From the NCBI GenBank assembly GCA_037478575.1, contig JBBFMG010000001.1:1787-34492 (forward strand): DNA of 32,706 bases, in the 5' to 3' direction. Within the stretch, counting starts at the first letter, position 1, and every line of letters begins with the position of its first letter. Shown here piece after piece: positions 1-9,026 of the stretch. The notes beneath the pieces are model-generated. The model had not been told where the DNA came from, did no database searches, and saw only the letters and a list, made by a program, of their open reading frames with translations. The position numbers and the translations under genes are program-made. The DNA comes from Burkholderiales bacterium. GTDB taxonomy: Bacteria; Pseudomonadota; Gammaproteobacteria; Burkholderiales; Thiobacteraceae.

Positions 1-720
1 CGTGTGCCCTACAACGACGTGGAGGCGGCGCGCCATGCGGTGGACCACAACCCCAACATCGTCGCGATTCTGGTGGAGCCGGTGCAGGGCGAGGGCGGCA
101 TCAACATTCCCAGCCCGGACTATCTCACCGGACTGCGCCAGCTCTGCGACGAGAAGGGTCTGCTGCTCATGCTGGACGAGGTGCAAAGCGGCATCGCCCG
201 CACCGGTACCTGGTTTGCCCACCAGCACGCGGGCATCAAACCCGACGTGATGGCGCTGGCCAAGGGCTTGGGGGGCGGGGTGCCCATCGGCGCCTGCCTC
301 GCCCGGGGACCGGCAGCGGAGGTATTCAAGCCGGGCAATCACGGTTCCACCTTCGGCGGCAATCCCCTGGCCTGCGCGGCGGGCTTGACGGTGCTGCGCG
401 TCATCGAGGAGGAGAGGCTGCTGGAGAACGTGATGCGCGTGGGCAGCTACCTGCGCGACGGTCTGGCGGCCGGGCTCAAGGACGTGCCGGGCGTGGTGCA
501 GGTGCGCGGCCACGGCCTGATGGTGGGCATCGAGCTGGACCGGCCGTGCGGCGAGATCGTCACGCGCGCCCTGGAGCAGGGGCTGCTGGTCAACGTCACC
601 TCGGACCGCGTCGTGCGCCTGGTGCCGCCCCTGATCCTGCGCGAGGACGAGGCTCAGCATCTCATCGACGGCCTGGTGCCCGTGATCCGGGCCTTTCTGG
701 GCGCGGCCGCCACGGCCTGA
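1..720 (+). CDS. argD: Acetylornithine aminotransferase, class III PLP enzyme (5' end outside window)
   Basis: Motifs EPVQGEGG, LDEVQSGIARTG, PLP lysine in ALAKGLGGG, HGSTFGGNPLAC; directly upstream of argF. Confidence 0.93.
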   Translation, partial: RVPYNDVEAARHAVDHNPNIVAILVEPVQGEGGINIPSPDYLTGLRQLCDEKGLLLMLDEVQSGIARTGTWFAHQHAGIKPDVMALAKGLGGGVPIGACLARGPAAEVFKPGNHGSTFGGNPLACAAGLTVLRVIEEERLLENVMRVGSYLRDGLAAGLKDVPGVVQVRGHGLMVGIELDRPCGEIVTRALEQGLLVNVTSDRVVRLVPPLILREDEAQHLIDGLVPVIRAFLGAAATA

Positions 721-729
721 GGAGGCGCC

Positions 730-1668
730 ATGCCACAACAGCAGCCGATCAAGCATTTCCTGCAGTTCAAGGATTTCACCCGCGAGGAGTTCGAGTACCT
801 GTTCCAGCGCACGCGCTGGATCAAGGAACAGTTCAAGGCCTACAAGACCTATCACCCGCTGCACGACCGCACGCTGGTGATGATCTTCGAGAAGGCGAGC
901 ACGCGCACACGTCTGTCTTTCGAGGCGGGCATGCACCAGCTGGGCGGCGCCGCCATCTACCTCAACACACGCGACTCCCAGCTGGGCCGCGGCGAGCCGG
1001 TGGAGGACGCGGCCCAGGTGATCTCCCGCATGTCGGACATCGTCATGATCCGCACCTTCGAGCAGGAGATCATCGAGCGCTTCGCGCGCCATTCCCGGGT
1101 GCCCGTGATCAACGGCCTGACCAATGAATACCATCCCTGCCAGATCCTGGCCGACATCTACACCTACATCGAGCACCGCGGTCCCATCCAGGGCAAAACG
1201 GTGGCCTGGATCGGCGATTCCAACAACGTGTGCAACACCTGGCTGCAGGCGGCCGAGGTGTTCGATTTCAACGTCCACGTCTCCACCCCGCCCGGCTACG
1301 AAGTGGAGCCGGAGCGCGCCGGGCTGTATGGCACCGACCACTACGAGCAGTTCGCCGATCCCATGGAGGCCGCCCGAGGTGCCGATCTGGTGACCACCGA
1401 CGTGTGGACCAGCATGGGCTTCGAGGCGGAGGACGAGGAACGGCGCCGCGCCTTCGCCGACTGGCAGGTGGACGCGGACATGATGCGCGTGGCCAAGCCC
1501 GATGCCCTGTTCATGCACTGCCTGCCCGCCCACCGGGGCGAAGAGGTGGCGGCGGAGGTCATCGACGGCCCGCAAAGCGTGGTGTGGGACGAGGCGGAGA
1601 ACCGCCTGCACACCCAAAAGGCACTTTTGGAATACCTCCTCCTCGGCCGCATCGAGAGCCCGAAATGA
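730..1668 (+). CDS. argF: Ornithine carbamoyltransferase
   Basis: STRTRLSFE carbamoyl-phosphate motif, HPCQ, SMG, HCLP, EAENRLH; GGAGG RBS. Confidence 0.97.
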   Translation: MPQQQPIKHFLQFKDFTREEFEYLFQRTRWIKEQFKAYKTYHPLHDRTLVMIFEKASTRTRLSFEAGMHQLGGAAIYLNTRDSQLGRGEPVEDAAQVISRMSDIVMIRTFEQEIIERFARHSRVPVINGLTNEYHPCQILADIYTYIEHRGPIQGKTVAWIGDSNNVCNTWLQAAEVFDFNVHVSTPPGYEVEPERAGLYGTDHYEQFADPMEAARGADLVTTDVWTSMGFEAEDEERRRAFADWQVDADMMRVAKPDALFMHCLPAHRGEEVAAEVIDGPQSVVWDEAENRLHTQKALLEYLLLGRIESPK

Positions 1669-1898
1669 ACATCGTCTATTTCCGCGACATGGATGCCCTC
1701 TACATCGAGCTCAAGCCCCGCGAGGCGGAAACCGCCTGGGAGCCGGCACCCGGCATCACCATCAACTATGCCGCCAACGGCGAACCGGTGGGCATCCAGA
1801 TCGACCAGGCCAGCGAGCGCGTGAACCTGGATTACCTCAACGTCGGCAACTTCCCCGGCCAGGTGGACGTGCTGACCAAACAGAATCCCACCCACTGA
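1665..1898 (+). CDS. DUF2283-like small protein (77 aa)
   Basis: ATG overlaps the argF stop (ATGA); MNIVYFRDMDALYIEL...INYAANGEPVGIQI matches the DUF2283 pattern Y-x(4)-D-ALYI...G-x-x-VGIEI. Confidence 0.75.
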   Translation: MNIVYFRDMDALYIELKPREAETAWEPAPGITINYAANGEPVGIQIDQASERVNLDYLNVGNFPGQVDVLTKQNPTH

Positions 1899-1907
1899 GG
1901 CTTTGCC

Positions 1908-3125
<1,218 letters not shown>

Positions 3126-3134
3126 GGATCGGCC

Positions 3135-3446
3135 ATGTCCCAATTCGACAACGTTTCGGTAGTCAAGAAGGCCAATATCTACTTCGACGGCAAGTGCGTT
3201 TCCCACACGGTGCTGTTTCCGGATGGCACGCGCAAGACCTGCGGCGTGATCTTTCCCAGCACCCTCACCTTCACCACCGGCGCGCCGGAGCGCATGGAAA
3301 TCAACGCCGGTGTGTGCCGGGTGCGCCTCGCCGGCGAGGACGAGTGGAAAACCTATCGTGCCGGGGAGTCGTTCGACGTGCCCGGCAACAGCCAGTTCGA
3401 CATCGAGACCCTGGAGACACTGGATTACGTCTGTCACTTCGGATAG
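3135..3446 (+). CDS. ppnP: Pyrimidine/purine nucleoside phosphorylase (DUF1255)
   Basis: [13 protein letters not shown]...GVIFP...F-T-APERMEI...F-VPGNS-F, YVCHF; 103 aa. Confidence 0.9.
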   Translation: MSQFDNVSVVKKANIYFDGKCVSHTVLFPDGTRKTCGVIFPSTLTFTTGAPERMEINAGVCRVRLAGEDEWKTYRAGESFDVPGNSQFDIETLETLDYVCHFG

Positions 3447-3473
3447 AGGATCGCTGCCTGACAGGAGACAATC

Positions 3474-4052
3474 ATGACCACGCTCGCGGTTGTCAAAAAG
3501 AAAGGCCAGATCGCCATCGCGGCGGACACCCTCACCAAGTGGGGCACCACCAAGGAATCCGCAACCTACATCGCCAACCACGACAAGATCATTCGCGTCG
3601 GCGACAGCTACATTGCCATCACCGGCACCACCACTTTCAACCTCATCCTGCGTGACTATTTCGCGGGCCTGGAGGCGCCGCCCCGGCTCGATTCGGTGCA
3701 GGCCATCTTCCGCACCTGGCAGGAGCTCCACGCCGCCATGAAGGAACGTTACTTCCTCAATCCCGCGGAGGACAAGGAAGACGATCTGGAAAGCTCGCGC
3801 ATCCATGTGCTCATCGCCAATCCGCACGGCATCTTCGGTGTCGGTGCCCATCGCACCGTGCAGGAGTTTTCCCGCTTCTACGCCTACGGTGCAGGCAGTG
3901 AATACGCCATGGGCGCGCTGTGGGCGTCCTACGACAATCCCAAGCTGGATGCCCACGCCCTGGCGCGGCTCGCCATCGAGTGCGCCATCGAGTTCGACGA
4001 CAGCACGGGAGCGCCCATCACCAGTCACGTGCTCAAGGAAGCACGTCGCTGA
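3474..4052 (+). CDS. Proteasome beta/HslV-like Ntn hydrolase, probably the betaproteobacterial proteasome homologue (BPH) type
   Basis: N-terminal M-T-T (Thr1 nucleophile after Met removal), IAAD(17), K-I motif, [14 protein letters not shown] and AIEFDDSTG correspond to beta-subunit motifs; no hslU nearby. Confidence 0.82.
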   Translation: MTTLAVVKKKGQIAIAADTLTKWGTTKESATYIANHDKIIRVGDSYIAITGTTTFNLILRDYFAGLEAPPRLDSVQAIFRTWQELHAAMKERYFLNPAEDKEDDLESSRIHVLIANPHGIFGVGAHRTVQEFSRFYAYGAGSEYAMGALWASYDNPKLDAHALARLAIECAIEFDDSTGAPITSHVLKEARR

Positions 4053-4065
4053 TCCAGGAGGAAAC

Positions 4066-4551
4066 ATGCCTTCCTTCGACATCGTTTCGGAAGTCAACAG
4101 GCAGGAAGTCCGCAATGCCGTGGACCAGACCAACAAGGAAGTCGCCAACCGCTTCGACTTCAAGGGTTCGGATGCCCGTGTCGAGCAGGCCGACTACGTG
4201 CTGACCGTCTATGCCGACGACGAATTCAAGCTGGACCAGGTGCAGGACATCCTCAATGCCAAGCTGATCAAGCGCGGCATCGACATCAAATGCCTGGAAC
4301 TGGGCAAACCTGAGAAGATCAGTGGCAACAAGGTGAAGCGCACGGTCACGGTGAGAACGGGCATCGAGACCGAGCTCGCCAAGAAGATCGTCAGGCTGAT
4401 CAAGGACAGCAAGCTCAAGGTGCAGGCCAGCATCCAGGGCGAGACGGTGCGTGTGTCCGGCCCCAAGAAGGACACGCTGCAGGAAACCATTGCCCTGGTG
4501 CGCCGCTCCATCACCGACTTCCCGCTGCAGTTCACCAACTTCCGCGACTAA
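4066..4551 (+). CDS. yajQ: YajQ family nucleotide/c-di-GMP-binding protein
   Basis: [10 protein letters not shown]...NRFDFKG...KVQASIQG...PLQFTNFRD; AGGAGG RBS. Confidence 0.96.
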   Translation: MPSFDIVSEVNRQEVRNAVDQTNKEVANRFDFKGSDARVEQADYVLTVYADDEFKLDQVQDILNAKLIKRGIDIKCLELGKPEKISGNKVKRTVTVRTGIETELAKKIVRLIKDSKLKVQASIQGETVRVSGPKKDTLQETIALVRRSITDFPLQFTNFRD

Positions 4552-4560
4552 GGAGGCATC

Positions 4561-5118
4561 ATGGCCCGCGTACTGGTTCCGCTCGCCGAAGGTTTCGAGG
4601 AACTGGAGGCCGTCACCATCGTCGATCTGCTGCGCCGCGCCGGCGTGGAAGTGGTCACCGCAGGGCTTCAGCCCGGCCCGGTGAAGGCCAGCCGCGGTAC
4701 GGTGCTCATCCCGGACACCACCCTCGACCAAGCCCTTGCGGATGACTACGACATGGTGGTGCTGCCGGGCGGCATGCCCGGCGCAAAACACCTCAACGAG
4801 GATGCCCGGGTGAAGGATCTGCTGCGGCGCATGGCCGATGCCGGCAAGTTCACGGGCGCCATCTGCGCCGCCCCCATGGTGCTGGCGGAAGCCGGGCTGC
4901 TGCACGGACGCCGGGCCACGAGCTATCCGGGCTTCGTGGACAGAATGGGGCTAGCGGACGTGACCTACGTGAACGAGCCGGTGGTGCAGGACGGCAAGGT
5001 CATCACCTCGCGCGGACCGGGCACCGCCATGGACTTCGCCCTGACCCTGATCGAAGTGCTCGCCGGGCCGGCGAAACGGCAGGAAGTGGAAGCCGCCCTG
5101 CTGCGCCCCGCGCGTTGA
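4561..5118 (+). CDS. DJ-1/PfpI family glyoxalase/deglycase (ThiJ/YajL-like)
   Basis: GFEELEAVT, VLPGGMPG, catalytic Cys in AICAAP, ITSRGPGTA. Confidence 0.92.
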   Translation: MARVLVPLAEGFEELEAVTIVDLLRRAGVEVVTAGLQPGPVKASRGTVLIPDTTLDQALADDYDMVVLPGGMPGAKHLNEDARVKDLLRRMADAGKFTGAICAAPMVLAEAGLLHGRRATSYPGFVDRMGLADVTYVNEPVVQDGKVITSRGPGTAMDFALTLIEVLAGPAKRQEVEAALLRPAR

Positions 5119-5152
5119 AAGCCGGCAGGCGGCGTGTGCGGCCGGGCCGCGC

Positions 5153-5860
5153 TCATTGGGCGAGCCCGGCGATCCAGCGACTGTAGAGGCGCTCGGCGAT
5201 GGCGTTGAGCTGGGCGATACGCTCGTCCAGATCCGCGCGGATCGCTTCCGGTGTTTGCACCGCCGGCCCGCCCGCCGCGGCGATCTCCTCGGCGCCCACC
5301 GTGCACCAGGTTTCCACCATCTCCCGCGTCATTTCCACGTGACATTGCATGCCCAGGTGGGGACCGAGCACGTAGGCCTGGTTGGCGCAAAAGGGCGATT
5401 CCAGGATGCGGGTCGCCCCCTCGGGCAGGGTGAACGTCTCGCCATGCCAGTGGAAGGCCAGAAAACGCCGGGGCGCATCGCCGAACCACCGGTGCGCCTC
5501 GGGATTGTCCAGGACCCGAACCTCGCCCCAGCCAATCTCCTTGACCGGATTGGGCCCCACGCTGCCACCCAGCGCCCGGGCCATGAGTTGGCCGCCCAGG
5601 CAATGGCCCAGCACGGGAACCCCGCGGTCGACCGCTTGGCGGATGAGTCGCAGCACGGGGGGAATCCAGGGCAGATCATCGTTGACACTCATGGGCCCGC
5701 CCATGAACACGAGACCCGAAAAGGCCGATACATCTTCCGGGACGGGCGCACCGGCATCGATGGGAATCAGCGTCATGGGCAGACCCCGACCCGAAAGAAA
5801 GCTGGCAAAATAGCCGGGGCCCTCGGTGGGCGCATGTCGGAACACTGCAACCGGTTTCAC
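5153..5860 (-). CDS. Class I glutamine amidotransferase-like protein
   Basis: GTG start (VKPVAVFRH), MGGPMSVND, nucleophile GHCLGGQL, WHGETF, QCHVE triad. Confidence 0.9.
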   Translation of the reverse strand: MKPVAVFRHAPTEGPGYFASFLSGRGLPMTLIPIDAGAPVPEDVSAFSGLVFMGGPMSVNDDLPWIPPVLRLIRQAVDRGVPVLGHCLGGQLMARALGGSVGPNPVKEIGWGEVRVLDNPEAHRWFGDAPRRFLAFHWHGETFTLPEGATRILESPFCANQAYVLGPHLGMQCHVEMTREMVETWCTVGAEEIAAAGGPAVQTPEAIRADLDERIAQLNAIAERLYSRWIAGLAQ

Positions 5861-5872
5861 GGGAGACCTCGC

Positions 5873-6532
5873 ATGGGAACGCAAACCAGCAGCCATTTTA
5901 CAGTGTGGATCCCGATCGTCCTGCTGGCGGCCAGCACACCGGCCTGGGCCACGGACATCGAGGTCACGGGACTGTTCGCCAACAAGGCCATGGTCTCCAT
6001 CAATGGCGGTCCACCGCGGGTGATGAGTGCAGGCCAGATTTCCCCTGAGGGTGTGAAACTCATCAGCGCCGATTCCAACGGTGCCGTGTTCGAGGTGGAT
6101 GGCCAGCGCAAAAAGGTGGGCATGGGCCAGCGCATCGCCACCAGCTTCGCGGGCGGCGGCAAACCCACGGTGAAGCTGGTCGCCGACAGCGGCGGACATT
6201 TCTCCACCATGGGCTCCATCAACGGCCGGCCCATCCGCTTCCTCGTGGACACCGGGGCCACCATGGTGTCCTTCAGCAGCACCACCGCCCGCCAGTTCGG
6301 CATCGATCTCGCCCAGGCGCCCCAGGGCATGGTCTCCACCGCCGGCGGCATGGTGCGGGCGTGGAAGGTTACCCTGGACAACGTGAAAGTCGGCGCCATT
6401 TCCCTCAATTTCGTCGAGGCCACGGTGGTGGACAACCTTCCGGACGGCTTTGCCCTCCTGGGCAACAGCTTCCTGTCGCGCGTGCAGATGAACCGCGAAG
6501 GCAACGTGCTGACCCTGACGCAGACCTACTGA
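5873..6532 (+). CDS. Exported clan AA (retropepsin-like) aspartic protease, TIGR02281-like
   Basis: Signal-peptide-like N-terminus, FLVDTGAT catalytic motif, ALLGNSFL; start could be the downstream GTG (about 5903). Confidence 0.88.
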   Translation: MGTQTSSHFTVWIPIVLLAASTPAWATDIEVTGLFANKAMVSINGGPPRVMSAGQISPEGVKLISADSNGAVFEVDGQRKKVGMGQRIATSFAGGGKPTVKLVADSGGHFSTMGSINGRPIRFLVDTGATMVSFSSTTARQFGIDLAQAPQGMVSTAGGMVRAWKVTLDNVKVGAISLNFVEATVVDNLPDGFALLGNSFLSRVQMNREGNVLTLTQTY

Positions 6533-6581
6533 AGACAGCGCCCCTGGCCCGTGCCACGCCTCACCGGATAGGCCCGTTCCT

Positions 6582-7694
6582 ATGAGTTTCGAAGCAGTGC
6601 TCCGGTGGGAGGATGGGCAGGCCACACACCGTGAGCGGCTGATCCTGCCGGAATGGGCATTGGCCACCGACGCCACCCTGATCCAGGCGCGTGCGGCCAT
6701 GGCATCCTTGCCGCAGGTCACACGCGACCCGCAGCCCTGGATCACCCCGGTGGGGCTGCCGCCCCACACCCTCCCGCGTCAGGACTTTCGCCTGGGGATC
6801 GCGCCCATTCCGGGGCGCCATTACCCCCGCCAGGCTTTTCACGGCCTGGCGGAGGGCAGGCGGGACTTGCGTCCCTGCCGGCTATTGGCGTGTGACGGGA
6901 CGCGCCTCGTGGTGGATCTCAACCATCCCCTGGCGGGACGTGCCGTGCAACTCACCCTGCAGGCAAGCACCCAGGAAGCCGCGGCCTCGCGCTTCCCGGA
7001 ACTCTTTGCCGGCCCCGGCATGCAGGCCCCTCCCAACCAGGCGGACGCCTGCTACCTTCCCGAGGGCGCCTTAAGCCGCGGAGACGAAGCGCCGGACGCG
7101 GTCTTCTACGGGCGACCGCGGCTCGTCCATCATCTCGACGCGGCTTGCCGCGGCGCGCTGGCACAGCTGTATGCCCGGTTTCTCGAGCCGGGCGCACGCG
7201 TGCTGGACATCATGTCCAGCTGGGAAAGCCATCTGCCCGAAAGCCCGGCCGACCTCAATGTCACGGGGCTGGGCATGAACGCTGCCGAACTGGCAGCCAA
7301 TCCCAGGCTGAGCAAGCGGGTGGTGCACGACCTCAACCGGGTGCCGCAGTTGCCCTTCGCCGACGGCCGCTTTGACCTCGTCCTTTGCACAGCCTCCGTG
7401 GAATACCTGGCAAACCCGGCTGCGGTCTTCGCCGAGGTGCGACGCGTGCTGAGGCCCGGCGGCCAGTTCGTGGTGACGTTTTCCGACCGCTGGTTCCCCA
7501 CCAAGGCGATCCGGGTGTGGGGCGAGCTGCATCCCTTCGAGCGCCTGGGCCTGGTCCGGTGGCTGCTGGAACAGGCCGGCTTCACCGGGCTTCATACCGA
7601 GACCCTGCGGGGTCTGCGTCGCCCGGTGGACGATCCCTACGCCGGCCAGCGCGACTTCAGTGATCCCCTGTTCGCGGCCTGGGGCAGCGCATGA
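6582..7694 (+). CDS. Class I SAM-dependent methyltransferase with N-terminal FKBP/SlyD-like segment
   Basis: VVDLNHPLAG (FKBP C-terminal motif); FYGRPRLVHHLD, VLDIMSSWESH, LPFADGRFDLVLC, RVLRPGG, FSDRWFPTKAI. Confidence 0.8.
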   Translation: MSFEAVLRWEDGQATHRERLILPEWALATDATLIQARAAMASLPQVTRDPQPWITPVGLPPHTLPRQDFRLGIAPIPGRHYPRQAFHGLAEGRRDLRPCRLLACDGTRLVVDLNHPLAGRAVQLTLQASTQEAAASRFPELFAGPGMQAPPNQADACYLPEGALSRGDEAPDAVFYGRPRLVHHLDAACRGALAQLYARFLEPGARVLDIMSSWESHLPESPADLNVTGLGMNAAELAANPRLSKRVVHDLNRVPQLPFADGRFDLVLCTASVEYLANPAAVFAEVRRVLRPGGQFVVTFSDRWFPTKAIRVWGELHPFERLGLVRWLLEQAGFTGLHTETLRGLRRPVDDPYAGQRDFSDPLFAAWGSA

Positions 7695-7812
7695 CTGCAA
7701 TGGCAGGCCGTTACGGTCGGGGCCGAGGCGGCTGGCGCTAACCTGCGCCCCCTTGGCAAGAGCATGGGAGGGGAACGGCCTCTGGCGCCCATCGGCAAGC
7801 ACCAAATGGTCT

Positions 7813-7835
7813 GTCGAGGCTAAAGCCGCTCCCAC
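7813..7835 (-). repeat. Single GTGG/GTAG-type REP-like palindrome
   Basis: Minus strand GTGGGAGCGGCTTTAGCCTCGAC: GTGG tetranucleotide plus imperfect palindrome around TTTA. Confidence 0.55.
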
Positions 7836-7855
7836 GAGGTGTGTGAAGCGACGTC

Positions 7856-8229
7856 CCCCGCAGGCGGGGACTTCGAGTCACGCAGCAAGCCGCTTGGTCT
7901 TGTCCCGTTCGATGAGGGCGTAGGCCGAGTGATTGGGAATGGAGGAGAAGTCTCCCGCCGGCGGGCGGAGCAGGGGCCCCGCCTGGGCGGGGATGCGACC
8001 CCGCAGGCGGGGACTTCGAGTCACGCAGCAAGGCGTCGGGTCTTGTCCCGTTCGATCAGGGCGTAGGCCGAGTGGTTGGGAATGGAGGAGAAGTCTCCCG
8101 CCGGCGGGCGGAGCAGGGGCCCCGCGGAAGCGGGGATGCGACCCCGCAGGCGGGGACTTCGAGTCACGCAGCAAGCCGCTTGGTCTTGTCCCGTTCGATC
8201 AGGGCGTAGGCCGAGTGATTGTGAATGGA
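7856..8229. repeat. 143-bp-period tandem repeat (about 2.6 units): 66-bp copy of the folE2 3' end plus a 77-bp palindromic element
   Basis: CCCCGCAGGCGGGGACTTCGAGTCACGCAGCAAG starts at 7856, 7999 and 8142; gene-end copies at 7878-7943, 8021-8086, 8164-8229; elements at 7944-8020 and 8087-8163. Confidence 0.95.
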
Positions 8230-8976
8230 CTCGAAGTTCTCCGCCTCCACCACGTAGGCATCGATGCGCGGATCCCGGTCGAGGGCGGCAGCCACGTCGC
8301 GCACGATGTCTTCCACGAACTTGGGATTGTCGTAGGCCCGTTCCGTGACCCATTTCTCGTCCGGCCGCTTGAGCAGGCCGAAAAGTTCGCAGGATGCCTG
8401 CTCCTCCGCCACACGGATCAGGTCCTCGATCCACACAAAGGTGTTGGCGCGTGCGGTAATGGTGACGTGGGAGCGCTGGTTGTGGGCACCGTAATCGGAA
8501 ATCTTCTTGGAGCAGGGACACAGGCTGGTGACGGGCACCACCACCTTCATGGTCTGGCGGAACGCGCCCTTTTCGATGGCACCGATGAAGGTGACTTCAT
8601 AATCCATGAGGCTCTGCACGCCGGACACGGGCGCGGTCTTGTTGACGAAATAGGGGAAGGTCATTTCGATATAGCCGGATTCCGCCTCCAGGCGCGTGAC
8701 CATCTCCCGCAGCATGTGCTCGAAGTTCTCCACGGAGATCTCCCGCTCGTAGGAGTTGAGGATCTCCAGGAAGCGGGACATGTGGGTGCCCTTGAAGTGA
8801 TGGGGCAGATAGACGTACATGTTGAACACGGCCACGGTGTGCTGGGCACCGGCGCTCTTGTCGGCCACCCGGATGGGATGGCGCACGGACTTGACGCCCA
8901 CCTTGTCGATGGCGATCTGGCGGGTATCGGCCGAGGACTGCACGTCGGCCATGGGCAGGGTTTCGCACTGGTTCAT
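8164..8976 (-). CDS. folE2: GTP cyclohydrolase I type IB (FolE2)
   Basis: [50 protein letters not shown]. Confidence 0.97.
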   Translation of the reverse strand: MNQCETLPMADVQSSADTRQIAIDKVGVKSVRHPIRVADKSAGAQHTVAVFNMYVYLPHHFKGTHMSRFLEILNSYEREISVENFEHMLREMVTRLEAESGYIEMTFPYFVNKTAPVSGVQSLMDYEVTFIGAIEKGAFRQTMKVVVPVTSLCPCSKKISDYGAHNQRSHVTITARANTFVWIEDLIRVAEEQASCELFGLLKRPDEKWVTERAYDNPKFVEDIVRDVAAALDRDPRIDAYVVEAENFESIHNHSAYALIERDKTKRLAA

Positions 8977-9026
8977 GGGGGAATCCTTCTGCTGATGGGG
9001 CGGATCCGGGGCGTGCCCGAATGAGC

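Noticed and set aside
3474-4052. Canonical hslV
   Set aside because: Lacks the DGQVT and GFAG motifs typical of HslV, and there is no hslU.
5153-6769. 538-aa ORF as a GATase fusion
   Set aside because: The N-terminal 300 aa are antisense to the aspartic protease; homology starts at the GTG at 5860.
7944-8163. Integron attC sites or tRNA fragments
   Set aside because: No RYYYAAC/GTTRRRY ends, no integrase, and no tRNA T-loop/cloverleaf pattern.
7856-8229. CRISPR array
   Set aside because: Units are 143 bp, the would-be spacers are near-identical copies of the folE2 end, and there are no cas genes.
7878-8229. Diversity-generating retroelement TR/VR pair
   Set aside because: Differences are not adenine-specific (T>C and G>C occur) and no reverse transcriptase is present.
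7738-8521. ORFs 7738-8031, 7878-8174 and 8021-8521 as real genes
   Set aside because: They are by-products of the GC-rich repeat that run into the duplicated folE2 tail; no RBS or independent protein signal.
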